A stretch of DNA of 64,000 nt from Candidatus Oxydemutatoraceae bacterium (GTDB lineage: Bacteria > Pseudomonadota > Gammaproteobacteria > Poriferisulfidales > Oxydemutatoraceae), in NCBI GenBank assembly GCA_965220085.1, contig CBDCOZ010000003.1:32001-96000 (forward strand), read 5' to 3'. The first letter of the stretch is position 1. The number at the start of each line of letters is the position of its first letter. The notes under the pieces are model-generated. The model searched no databases. It had not been told where the DNA came from and was given only the letters and a program-made list of their open reading frames with translations. Both the position numbers and the translations under genes were made by a program. This document shows positions 1 to 9,319 of this stretch, piece after piece.

Positions 1-2
1 TC

Positions 3-362
3 GTCGGCTCCATGACAGTCAACAAAGAACGGATGCGACTGGCAAGCGCCCAAGGCTTTACGACCGCCACCGACCTCGCCGATTATCTGGTCAAGCAGGG
101 CATCCCTTTTCGCGATGCGCACCGCATCGTCGGGCAAGCCGTCCGGCTTGCGATTGAAAAAGAATACGGCGGGCTGGACGAGCTCAGCGAGCGCGACATG
201 AAAGACTTGCATCCCGCTCTGGATGCAAAAGCGATCGAAGCGCTGGAACTCAAGCGCTCGCTAGAGAGCAAGGGAATCTACGGCGGCACCGCCCCGCAAC
301 AAGTGGCGGAACAGATTACAGCCGCCAGAGCATACCTTGCTCAGATGGGAAATTCAGACTGA
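3..362 (+). CDS. argH: argininosuccinate lyase, C-terminal part (runs off the window start)
   Basis: ATDLADYLVKQGIPFRDAHRIVG and GGTAP motifs typical of the ArgH C-terminus. Confidence 0.95.
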   Translation, partial: VGSMTVNKERMRLASAQGFTTATDLADYLVKQGIPFRDAHRIVGQAVRLAIEKEYGGLDELSERDMKDLHPALDAKAIEALELKRSLESKGIYGGTAPQQVAEQITAARAYLAQMGNSD

Positions 363-363
363 G

Positions 364-678
364 TTATTTGATAGCCGCCTCGATACTCTCGCTTTGACCG
401 AGATTATCAAACCAACTGAGTTTTACCTTCTCGCCGGCCTCGGCGCCGTCAAACTCAAAACTGACAAAAGGGTTCTTTGACACGCCAGTGCCCCAATACG
501 CTTCAAACACCACATCCCCTTTGTGCTCAACCACCACTTTCTGAATGAAGTGGGCCGGCACGATCTGGTCATCATCATCGCGCCTGCGCCCGGTTTCCAT
601 CGGATGCTTAATCAGCGCCTTGACCGAAGTCGCGGCGCCGTCGCCTTTGCGCGCGCGCATTTTTATTGAATTCGCCAT
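364..678 (-). CDS. soxZ: thiosulfate oxidation carrier complex protein SoxZ
   Basis: HPMETGRR...PAHFIQ...SKNPF...WFDN motifs; directly downstream of soxY. Confidence 0.95.
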   Translation of the reverse strand: MANSIKMRARKGDGAATSVKALIKHPMETGRRRDDDDQIVPAHFIQKVVVEHKGDVVFEAYWGTGVSKNPFVSFEFDGAEAGEKVKLSWFDNLGQSESIEAAIK

Positions 679-691
679 ATCTCCGTTGCGC

Positions 692-1138
692 TCAGGCGCA
701 CCCCCCCGCAGTGACTGTCACATTCGCCGTGCCGCGATAGACCTTCTCGCCCGCCTTTGCGATCGCAATCACGTCCGATGTCTCGCGCACCTTGATGTTG
801 GCCGATATATGCGGCAAGCCGCGCGCGGTCATGACGAACTTGGAAGTCAGCGGCACCGGATTTTTTTCCACCAATATGCCAATCCACTCGACACCCTGTG
901 CGTCCACCTTGACTTCGACTCTGACCTGCCCGCCGTTCTCGGCAATCTTCGGCGCCGTCACCGACACCTTTTTGTCTATCACTTCGCGACTGCCGATCAG
1001 TTCCGCGAGCGCCTGCTTCAACTCGGTTTTATCAAAAGCCGATTTGGGCCAGTTAGCCATCAAAGCGCTCGGCGCCAACCACGAAATGATGCCCGCCGCA
1101 ATCATTTTTGCTAAAAAGAATCTTCGTTGCTTGTTCAT
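692..1138 (-). CDS. soxY: thiosulfate oxidation carrier protein SoxY
   Basis: Tat signal (QRRFFL), APKIAENG, EKNPVPL, C-terminal VTAGGCA swinging arm. Confidence 0.95.
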   Translation of the reverse strand: MNKQRRFFLAKMIAAGIISWLAPSALMANWPKSAFDKTELKQALAELIGSREVIDKKVSVTAPKIAENGGQVRVEVKVDAQGVEWIGILVEKNPVPLTSKFVMTARGLPHISANIKVRETSDVIAIAKAGEKVYRGTANVTVTAGGCA

Positions 1139-1181
1139 CTTCCCGCCTCCGAATAATTAGAAGTGCTTTGCATTATAGCAG

Positions 1182-1316
1182 TAAACAATCGGCAAACAGT
1201 TTATAGAACGCAAACAACCAATTAAGGACACACAAACAGTTTGTGGAGCACAAACAACTGAAGGAATCACAAGCAATTTAAGAAGCCGCAAACAATTGAG
1301 TATTGTTTGCGCTCCA
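1182..1316. repeat. array of CAAACA half-sites ending in a 25-bp palindromic site (1287-1311); left arm of a 49-bp inverted repeat (1268-1316)
   Basis: cgcaaacaat-tgagt-attgtttgcg; 1268-1316 matches the reverse complement of 1725-1773 at 47/49. Confidence 0.85.
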
Positions 1317-1354
1317 TGAAAAAGCCACTCCCTTCGTGCCGCAGGGCGCTCGCG

Positions 1355-1474
1355 CTACCGCAACGGGCCCTCAAGAAAGAGGCGCAACCGCAAGCGCAGG
1401 TCTTGGCGAACGCATTCCGTTGCCCCATCGCAATGCGCGGGAGGCGTTGCCCCGAACGCCAAGACGGGCAGGCG
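1355..1474 (-). pseudogene. remnant encoding the LRLRLRLFLEGPLR* C-terminal tail
   Basis: minus strand reads ...ECVRQDLRLRLRLFLEGPLR-TAG (stop 1355-1357); in-frame stop about 40 codons upstream and no ATG in frame. Confidence 0.75.
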
Positions 1475-1649
1475 CTATGCCGCCGCGGGTTCGCGCACCG
1501 GCGCATCTGATGGGACATATCGGCAAGCGGTCGCGCGATGGCGCGCGGGTCGGGACAAGCCGCGCCTTTTGTCTATGCTGTGGCGCTTTCCATGTTAGGC
1601 GCCACGGCCCCATGGCTAGAATTGTATATAAGCCCCCTACAAAGGGCAT

Positions 1650-1682
1650 TTGCATGATTTGCATTTTGTGGTATAGTGCGAC
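1650..1682 (+). promoter_or_regulatory. putative sigma70 promoter of the downstream adhesin-like gene
   Basis: TTGCAT-N16-TATAGT with TG extension, followed by GCGAC; the same TATAGTGCGAC motif occurs upstream of the 27343-28946 paralog. Confidence 0.55.
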
Positions 1683-1711
1683 AATTAACCAATTTACAAA
1701 GGGTTTATGAA

Positions 1712-1793
1712 GCACAAACAGTGGTGGAACGCAAACAATACTCAATTGTTTGCGGCTTCTTAAATTGTTTGTGCTCTTATATCGTTTGTGTAC
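1712..1793. repeat. right arm of the 49-bp inverted repeat (1725-1773) with palindromic site 1730-1754 and extra half-sites
   Basis: cgcaaacaat-actca-attgtttgcg; spacer inverted relative to the 1287 site. Confidence 0.85.
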
Positions 1794-1904
1794 ATGACAA
1801 ACACCAGGAGAAATACTATGATTTGTAGCAGAGAACATAGCGCTAAGAGTGCCAGCACTCATGGCACAACCGTATTCATCGGACAATCCATGAGGAGTAA
1901 TAGC

Positions 1905-3459
1905 ATGAAACGACAAACTTTTAACACTGCCCCCCCCCCCCCCCCCCCTATCGCACTGGCAGACAACACGAACCCGGCTTAGCCTCTGCTCGCCGCTGGT
2001 AACGCGGCGCAACCTCTTAACACTTCTTCTGCCGGCGCTGTTTGTTGTCTGCGCTCAGGCGCAGGCGCAGAATGCCACCGGCGAACCGGCGGTGACGACG
2101 GTGGTCGATAACGGCATACCTGCGAGTAATCCCCAAGAGAGCGCAACACTGCGCGCAAGCTCTGGCACGATAGACGACACCAATGGCTTCACACGTTCCT
2201 CCATCACCTGGGCATGGCAACAGGGCGACACCGCCGATGGCTCCTTTGCCGCCATAGCCGGGGCCACCGCCTCCGACTTCACGCCCACGCAAGACCAGGT
2301 CGGCAAATACCTGCGCGTCTGTGCCAACTTTAACGATCACGCTGACAACAGCGAGACCCGATGCTGGACATCGTCCGTCGTTGTGAACGCCGCCCCGGTT
2401 GCGAAGAACAACACCATCTATGTGCCGGCGGGCGGCACCTACACTTTCTCGGCGGGTGACTTTCCGTTCACCGATACAGATGGCGGCGGCCTTAGCGGCA
2501 TACGCTTCCTGACCGCACCTACCGGCGCTACAACCGTAAATGTCGCTGGTAGATTCACCCCTCTCAACTCGGATGGGACCCTCACCATTCTTGGTACTGG
2601 TAGCTCCGTACCTGCGACCATAAATCCGGAGCTTATTTTCGCCGTAACCTACACCCCGCCCGCCAACGCCACAGCCATGGCGGGCTATACCAGCTTTACC
2701 TGGAGAGCAGATGATGTCGGAACTGCCGCCACCATCACCATAGATCTGGTGCCGACCACGCAAGAGGCGGCAACCGGCACACCGACGGTGACAGCGGTAG
2801 CCTACAGCGAGGGTGTGGAACTGACCGCCAGCACAGGCACCGTGGCCGATGCCAACGGCATCCCCACCCACAGACTCAACTGGCAGTGGCAATCCGCCGC
2901 CGCCCCCGACACCGGCATCCCGGCCACTAGCACATATGCCAATATCAATGGGGCCACCGCCGCCACCTTCACGCCCGAGCAGGAACATATCGGCCGATAC
3001 ATCCGTGCCTGCCTCCGTTTCATGGATGGCATACGCGCCCAAGAGGGCGGCACCGCCGACTCCCCCACGCTGTGCACCACAGGCAACGTCATCTCCAGGG
3101 CCAATTCGGTGAGTGTGCCGATTACCGCCAGCGAATCAGAGCCCTACGTTTTCAAGCCATCCGACTTCGTGTTCCCGGGCGATGGCGCACTGACCAGCCT
3201 CACCATAGTCACCGCGATAGCAGATGGCACCGGCGCCTTGCGCTTGGCAGGCATGCCCGTCACCGGCGCCCTCCACTTACAAGTGAGCGCTATACCACGT
3301 TTCACCTATTACCCCCCGGATAACTCCGTCGCCACCCCCAGATTCGCCACTTTCACCTTCAGAGTGAATGGCAACACCGCAACCCGCACGATGAACATAC
3401 ATCTGGTGGAGCACCTGCGCTTGCGGTTGCGTCTCTTTCTTGAGGGCCCGTTGCGATAG
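1905..3459 (+). CDS. exported Ig/cadherin-like repeat protein with LRLRLRLFLEGPLR tail; frameshifted at a poly-C tract (phase-OFF), main ORF 2092-3459
   Basis: GAGGAG RBS, ATG 1905 (MKRQTFNTAPPP), C19 at 1930-1948; the +1 frame continues LSHWQ...TRRNLLTLLLPALFVVCAQAQA-QNATG into the 455-aa ORF with W-Q/A-W...GAT...FTP...RVC/RAC modules. Confidence 0.8.
1930..1948 (+). repeat. poly-C tract (C19), putative slipped-strand phase-variation switch
   Basis: lies between the start codon and the signal-peptide h-region; C18 or C21 restores the frame. Confidence 0.85.
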
Positions 3460-3713
3460 CACGAGCAATCCGCTCGCAAGACTTGCACCGACACGCTCCC
3501 TTGCCAGAGTCGGCAAGCTAAGGGGGCTGACGAGCGGGTAGCCCGGCGGCAAGCGCACACTTTTTGCATCCGCTCCGCCGTTTTGATGTGCGCACCGGAG
3601 ACATCTGCAATCAAAAACATTACGCGGCGCTTCCTTCGAGCTTTGGCGGAATGGCAAAGTCCGCGCCGAAAACATCCGCGCATTGCGGCGAAACATCGCC
3701 GGAAAGAAAGCCG

Positions 3714-3968
3714 TCAAAATTGTTTCCGCCACGCATAGAGTGATGGGCGGCTGACATGGTAGGCGTCCATACTGGCTTTTATGCCGTGTTTCTCCCATAA
3801 TGTAAGGGCGTCAAGTTTCTGTTGGGTCGTATGACTCATAGTTGCCTCCGTAATGCAAAAGTAGCTATTTTATAGAGACCTCTGATGCCGTAGCCGATGT
3901 GTTGCTATTGCATGTCGGCTACGTTTTTTGTTGAAGCCATGAGTCTGGAATGTTTCTGGCATTATGCA
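3714..3968 (-). mobile_element. IS481-like remnant: left end plus truncated HTH N-terminus (ORF 3839-3714)
   Basis: MSHTTQQKLDALTLWEKHGIKASMDAYHVSRPSLYAWRKQF* behind a GGAGG RBS; end TGCATAATGCCAG; about 220 bp recur at 41297-41520. Confidence 0.6.
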
Positions 3969-3975
3969 AACCCTT

Positions 3976-4004
3976 CGGTTCACCCCCACTAGTGTGGGGA
4001 CAAC
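3976..4004 (-). repeat. solitary type I-E CRISPR-like repeat
   Basis: reverse complement GTTGTCCCCACACTAGTGGGGGTGAACCG: 29 nt, I-E-type hairpin and AACCG end; no array. Confidence 0.65.
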
Positions 4005-4088
4005 TTGACATAAGCCACTCATGTATTGAGAGCCCTTCTCGTTCTAACTGTACGGTTACTTTTTGCACCACTCTCTTGCCTTTTGTAT

Positions 4089-5470
4089 GGGAATTATGTA
4101 TTTAACTTGACAGAGGCAGATTATGTCAGGCAGGAAACTTGACAAAGATACCAGTACGCTATATACCTATATCTTAATTCGTTGTTAAACCACTTTGGGG
4201 ATTAGGACTATGAGTAAGAGAAAAGCAGAAATATTAAGCCTATATCAGATTATGGAGCAATACCCGACCGATGAAGCGACCATACGATACCTTGAAAGTC
4301 TGGCATGGAGTGATAAGCCGGTATGTTCTAAATGCGGATGTGATAACAAAATTACAGAGCAAAAGAAAGCTGGCGATTATTGGTGCGGTAGCTGTCGTTC
4401 ATACTTCAATGTATTCACCAATACACCGCTAGAGCGGAATAAAGTAGATGCCAGAAAATGGGTTTATGCTTCCTATACCCTGCTCACTTCACGCAAAGGG
4501 ATAAGCAGTCTGCAATTAAGCAAAGAGATTGGAGTGCAACAAAGAACAGCGTGGTATATGCTTCACCGCTTGCGGGTTATATGTGGCGGGGATATGCAGG
4601 CGCTGCATGGGCAAGTAGAGACAGATGAAACTTATATCGGCGGCAAGGAGAAAAACCGCCATCCCAACAAGAAAAAGCGGGCGGGTCGCGGTGGTGCTGG
4701 CAAGACTGCTATACTGGGTATGCGAGAGCGTAAAGGCAGAGTAAAGGCCATGCCAGTAGAGAACACTACAAAGGAAACACTACAGACCGCCGTACATAAA
4801 AATGTCCGCAAGGGTTCTACCCTTTTTACTGATGAAAACCCCTCATACAATGGTGTTGCCAATCGCCACTATGCGGTTAATCATTCTGCGAAGGAATATG
4901 TAAATGGTATGGCGCACACTAACGGCATAGAATCCGTATGGGCTGTACTCAAGAGAGGTTTTAGCGGTGTGTATCACAACTGGAGTAAGAAGCATTGCAG
5001 GGCTTATGTCAATGAGTTTTCCTTCCGTCTTAACGATGGCAATTGTGAGATAGATACCCAAGACAGATTAAACAGTTTGTTTGCCGGTATGCACGGCAAG
5101 CAGATTACTTATAAGGAATTGACAGGATGAAAACCACCCACAGCATAACTACAGTTTCGGTGAAGGTAGATAATTCAAAAAGGGTTCCTTTGAAATAGAT
5201 TTATCGGTGGTGCTATCCTTCCTTTGAGTATGAAATAGACAATGTAGAGCATGACACATCTAATCAGTCAGATATGCAAATATGAAACAGAAAGACTTAG
5301 ACAGAGCGGCTACGGCACTACTTAAAGCAGGGAAACTGCCGAAGGATAAAGATTGCCCGATACCGACAAAAGCAGACTTAAACCGTAAGTTTGTCATGCG
5401 GGTAGACCGTCAAGGCAAACCCACAATTATTGAGAAATAATACCTCTGTCAAGTTAAATACATAATTCCC
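4089..5470 (+). mobile_element. IS1595-family insertion sequence, copy 1 (1382 bp)
   Basis: 28-bp TIR GGGAATTATGTATTTAACTTGACAGAGG; 8-bp TSD TTTTGTAT (4081-4088 and 5471-5478). Confidence 0.95.
4210..5130 (+). CDS. IS1595-family DDE transposase
   Basis: Zn ribbon (CSKC...CGSC), VETDETYIGG, TDE, HTNGIESVW, YVNEFSFR. Confidence 0.95.
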   Translation: MSKRKAEILSLYQIMEQYPTDEATIRYLESLAWSDKPVCSKCGCDNKITEQKKAGDYWCGSCRSYFNVFTNTPLERNKVDARKWVYASYTLLTSRKGISSLQLSKEIGVQQRTAWYMLHRLRVICGGDMQALHGQVETDETYIGGKEKNRHPNKKKRAGRGGAGKTAILGMRERKGRVKAMPVENTTKETLQTAVHKNVRKGSTLFTDENPSYNGVANRHYAVNHSAKEYVNGMAHTNGIESVWAVLKRGFSGVYHNWSKKHCRAYVNEFSFRLNDGNCEIDTQDRLNSLFAGMHGKQITYKELTG

Positions 5471-6059
5471 TTTTGTATTGCTGTTGACGAACCTATAAGA
5501 GAATAGTTAAAATGTACTTCCCCAATCGGAGTACGTAACTCTAACAACACGGAGTCTGATTCTTCAACTTCCTTAATGGGTTCTCTACCGCCGTCAACAT
5601 TAAAAAAATACACGCCGTGTAATCCCAACAGCATTAAGCGCTCCATTTAGAACCTCACCAGTATCAAACTTCACTCTTGTTTTTGTATACGGTGTGTCAA
5701 AATTTGTACCGCGGAATTTAAGTGTCCCTATAGGAAGTAACCCGTTTATTCTGACAAAGATGTTTTCCGCGCCGTCTAAAAGGCATTGATATTGAACTCT
5801 ACTTTCTAATCCACTATACAGTCCGCTTAGCGCCTGTTCAGGTACCGCATTAGGTGAATATGCATGTGCTCCAGTAGTTTCTCCCGTCATCCTATCAGTG
5901 AATGTCCCGGATTTCCACGCTGCGTGTGATTCATTACACACAAAAACAGCGACAACTAAAACGATAACTAATAAGTCTTTCATATATAACCTCCTTATAT
6001 GATTTCAACTTAGTAAGCCGCGAGTACTTTAATCTCACGGCACTGGGGAGCACATCCCA

Positions 6060-6088
6060 AGGTTCACTCCCGCTAGTATGGGGACAAC
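6060..6088 (-). repeat. second, degenerate type I-E CRISPR-like repeat
   Basis: 25/29 identical to 3976-4004, same orientation. Confidence 0.55.
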
Positions 6089-6094
6089 TTAAAC

Positions 6095-6274
6095 ATGAAA
6101 ACCATTAATAACATGCTCAATTCAACCAGAAAAGAAGTTGTTATAGATGCTTTGAGTAATCATTGTGAAACCCTTTACAAATTGCTAAAAGAGCTGGTTG
6201 AGACTGAAATCAACTATAGTGATGACAACCTTGATAAAGATGTAGCTAAAATTTTCAACGAGGTTTTTGATTAA
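6095..6274 (+). CDS. small acidic hypothetical protein (59 aa)
   Basis: open frame MKTINNMLNSTRKEVVIDALS...NEVFD* starting 6 nt after the repeat. Confidence 0.35.
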   Translation: MKTINNMLNSTRKEVVIDALSNHCETLYKLLKELVETEINYSDDNLDKDVAKIFNEVFD

Positions 6275-6296
6275 TGTGACATATTGTCAAAGCAAG

Positions 6297-7211
6297 TCAT
6301 TGCTCAGGTTGTAGTCCAATCGATTCTATCTTCTTGCAAAGGTCCTCAGTACTTTGCAAATACGCATCTAGGGATTTAAGGTCCTCAAACTGGATGGCAG
6401 ATGGGTTCTCAGAAACTTCTTGGTTGCTGAAAATTTTCCAAAAAGTCTTCCTATATTGATTACTTATGCTTTCAAGACTATCTATGTCTGAATGAGCTAG
6501 TTTATTTCTAATGTGTTTTAGAAGCTCAATTCTAGCTTTTGTTTCCTTATCGACATTAAAAGCCTTTTTATATTTCAGATACTTGTTATCAAAAGTTATC
6601 ACATCCCGAAGATTCTCTTTGATTTTAAGCTTTTCGTCAAAAATCTTCTCAACCCTTAGTGCTACATCAATGATTGCCGTTCTAACATGAACTTTTAGTA
6701 TGCTTTTTGAAATCTTATCCTTTTGGGATTTGGACGGAAAGTTCTTGCGCCGAGTTTCCTCAAGAGTATATTTGTCACTAAATTTCTTTTTCAATTTATC
6801 GCGCAAATCTTCCACACCCTCTGGCCCATAACCCTGCCCCTCTTCTTGATATCTGCTATTAATAAGACAAGAAACACTATCACTTTTAATAAGCGAGTGT
6901 ATTCTGCTCATGATATTTATTAACTTACTATTGATAGTTCTTATTGAGGCACTAGGACCGATGCCTTGCAAATGCAAATCTAAGAAAATATATTTAATAG
7001 TTGAAAGTTCTACATTGGCAAAACGCTCTAAATCATCATCCTCACCACTTGAGCAGGCAACTCTTATATTGTTCTTCAATAATTGAAGAACAAACCGGGA
7101 AACATCAGCAACATCAGCAACATCGTCTTTTGCACCTTCCTCAGAAAGTCCTTCAGTTTCGCCTTCTTGTAGTTCAAAGACATCATCAATAATCAAAACA
7201 TCATATAACAT
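6297..7211 (-). CDS. receiver (REC) domain fused to a HEPN-like domain
   Basis: VLIIDD and YIFLDLHL receiver motifs; C-terminal RNKLAH (RxxxxH). Confidence 0.7.
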   Translation of the reverse strand: MLYDVLIIDDVFELQEGETEGLSEEGAKDDVADVADVSRFVLQLLKNNIRVACSSGEDDDLERFANVELSTIKYIFLDLHLQGIGPSASIRTINSKLINIMSRIHSLIKSDSVSCLINSRYQEEGQGYGPEGVEDLRDKLKKKFSDKYTLEETRRKNFPSKSQKDKISKSILKVHVRTAIIDVALRVEKIFDEKLKIKENLRDVITFDNKYLKYKKAFNVDKETKARIELLKHIRNKLAHSDIDSLESISNQYRKTFWKIFSNQEVSENPSAIQFEDLKSLDAYLQSTEDLCKKIESIGLQPEQ

Positions 7212-7213
7212 AG

Positions 7214-9319
7214 CTAAGTTGCATCCCTCGGAAATCTTAATTTAATAATTGCTCCTTGTGAAAATTCTTCAGGAAGATTCTCTTCTTGCCAATCGCCCTG
7301 CTCAATAGAGCCTTTATGTGCCAGCATTACCTGTTCCGCTAAATGTAGCCCTATCCCCATGCTACTGTCATCAAACCGCCCGCTAATAAATGCGCCTAAC
7401 GCAGCTTCAAAGCTAATATTAAATCCTTTGCCATTATCAGCCACCAATATAACAGTAGATTTTTCATCACCGTAAGCACGGATATATATTTTCTTCTTTT
7501 CTATTTTGTAAAAACTCAACCAATAAATAGCATTATCAAAAAGATTCATCAGAACCCCAATGATTAACCCCTTTTTTCCAGAAATACTAAGTTCATCTCC
7601 CTTTAAGTCTGTTCGCAGTTCAATACCATGGGAGTCAAAACGGAATTCAGTATTAGAAATTGATTGATTGATTAGCCCTTTCACTGAAATATTAGAGCTT
7701 TTCTTTTTTAATTGAATCGTTGTCTTATAAGCAGCAATGGTTTCTTTTAGATGGATAAAAGCAGCATTTATCTTATTAAAATCTTTCTCTAGAATTTTTT
7801 TCTCAAGGTGGTCAATTATTTTGTCAACTTCATGAATAATAAAAGAAAGGTTTAACCCGGTATTAGCGGCAGTAAGAAAAACATTTTTTAATTGCGAAAA
7901 CTCCTCAGAAAATTCATAAATCCTTGCCTTGAATTTATCTTTTTCCTCGTCACTGAGATTAAGCTTGTTGACCTCCTTAACAATTTTTTTAATTTTTGTT
8001 TCTATATCCGCTTTATCGTATTCCTTGCCAAGCAAAGGCTCCATATTTGCCCGATCAATTTTGCGATAGTGCAATACCACCTCCATACAAAAATCAAGGT
8101 CTTGTTGCAAGCTTAGAAAGGTCTGATTGTGAATAAAACCCTCTCGGTTAGTTTTCTCAATCAGCGCCCTACTCTTTTCTCGGTCAAGTTCAATTATGGC
8201 AAGAATTTGATTGTAGCCAATATTATCTCCGAGCCTTTTTGCCCGTTTTCGATCTAGGTTAAGAATATCATTATCCTTTCCTCCTTCACCGTAGTTATAG
8301 ACTCTCATACCATCGCGATAGACGCGAATGCCTCCATTGTTCCTAAGATAATCGTTGATTATTTTTATATGAGGGCTACCAAGACTTCTGGAAAACTTGC
8401 TATCAAAAATGTAGCCTTGAAAAGTGACCGGACCAACATCTGACGGCTTCACTTCTTGATTATCCGCAGCAATGTGTTCGCAGTATTTAGCTCTTAATGA
8501 TTCAAGCTTATCTTTAATATCATCCAATTCAATCTTTTTGCTCGGTATCTTTTGAACATTCGGCGATCTAAACTCATACTCAAAGCTTGTGACTTTGCCC
8601 TTTTCGAAAACAATAAAATAACGAAAAAGTGCTTTGGCACAAACATCATCTACACTCAACTGGTCTTCAGTTTGGGAAGGGTTACCATTAGTTGTTAAAT
8701 CAATTTGGAATTGATCTTGAATACGAGAAGCAAAGGGAGGGAGCATCTTTAACAAGTCACTTCGGAGCTGTTTAATATCCTTGTCTTTTAAGGAGTCCTT
8801 TAATCTCTCAATGGTTAATCGGGTGCCAGTTGCGCCATCCTTAAAAACAGTTTCAGAAGTATGTTCAATTACTTGAATAGGGTTTAAATCGTTGATATAT
8901 TCAGCTTCCTCTAGGTCTTTCCAGTTTATATGGAAAGACACCTCTTTATGATTGGCTTGCTTTGAAATGACTGTTATCTCTTCGCCCAGTTTATGTGCAC
9001 CTAACCTTCCCACACCTTTTTCGCCGATTGGCATCCTCTGATATTTAGGTGTTCTGTTTTGTCCGGAAGACTTTGGGCTATTCCCTGGCCTAAGCCAGTA
9101 ATCTTTAATAATCTGCGTATTCATCCCTATACCATCATCTTCTATGATAATCTTGTCGTCCTCAATGCTCAGAACGCACTTACTAGCATCAGCGTCATAG
9201 GAGTTTTTCACTAACTCAGCAATAGCGATTTTCTTATCATGAATAAGCTCTTCACCTAAAAAACGAATTAGTTTTGGCGAGAACTCAAAAACATAATTGT
9301 GTTTTTGTTCAGGTTTCAT
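7214..9319 (-). CDS. GHKL (MORC/MutL-like) ATPase fused to a histidine kinase
   Basis: N-terminal ELVKNSYDA, DDGIGM, GEKGVGR; C-terminal H-box IIHE, NLFDNA, DNGKG, GIGL. Confidence 0.85.
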   Translation of the reverse strand: MKPEQKHNYVFEFSPKLIRFLGEELIHDKKIAIAELVKNSYDADASKCVLSIEDDKIIIEDDGIGMNTQIIKDYWLRPGNSPKSSGQNRTPKYQRMPIGEKGVGRLGAHKLGEEITVISKQANHKEVSFHINWKDLEEAEYINDLNPIQVIEHTSETVFKDGATGTRLTIERLKDSLKDKDIKQLRSDLLKMLPPFASRIQDQFQIDLTTNGNPSQTEDQLSVDDVCAKALFRYFIVFEKGKVTSFEYEFRSPNVQKIPSKKIELDDIKDKLESLRAKYCEHIAADNQEVKPSDVGPVTFQGYIFDSKFSRSLGSPHIKIINDYLRNNGGIRVYRDGMRVYNYGEGGKDNDILNLDRKRAKRLGDNIGYNQILAIIELDREKSRALIEKTNREGFIHNQTFLSLQQDLDFCMEVVLHYRKIDRANMEPLLGKEYDKADIETKIKKIVKEVNKLNLSDEEKDKFKARIYEFSEEFSQLKNVFLTAANTGLNLSFIIHEVDKIIDHLEKKILEKDFNKINAAFIHLKETIAAYKTTIQLKKKSSNISVKGLINQSISNTEFRFDSHGIELRTDLKGDELSISGKKGLIIGVLMNLFDNAIYWLSFYKIEKKKIYIRAYGDEKSTVILVADNGKGFNISFEAALGAFISGRFDDSSMGIGLHLAEQVMLAHKGSIEQGDWQEENLPEEFSQGAIIKLRFPRDAT

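Larger units (their letters stand above)
4056..5983 (-). pseudogene. secreted hypothetical protein, frameshifted and interrupted by IS1595
   Basis: signal peptide MKDLLVIVLVVAVFVCNESHA; frameshift near the A run at ~5603-5609 into ...GSSTAIQK; reading resumes across the IS TSD as AREWCKK* (stop 4056-4058). Confidence 0.65.

Noticed and set aside
1182-1316. CAAACA arrays as a CRISPR array or Tn7-like transposon ends
   Set aside because: Units are too short and irregular for CRISPR. The TGTACA-ending copies (~1793 and ~11000) are in the same orientation, and no TnsB or TSD is seen.
3976-6088. A true CRISPR locus
   Set aside because: Only two repeats, far apart, with no spacer-sized interval, leader or cas genes; kept as solitary repeats.
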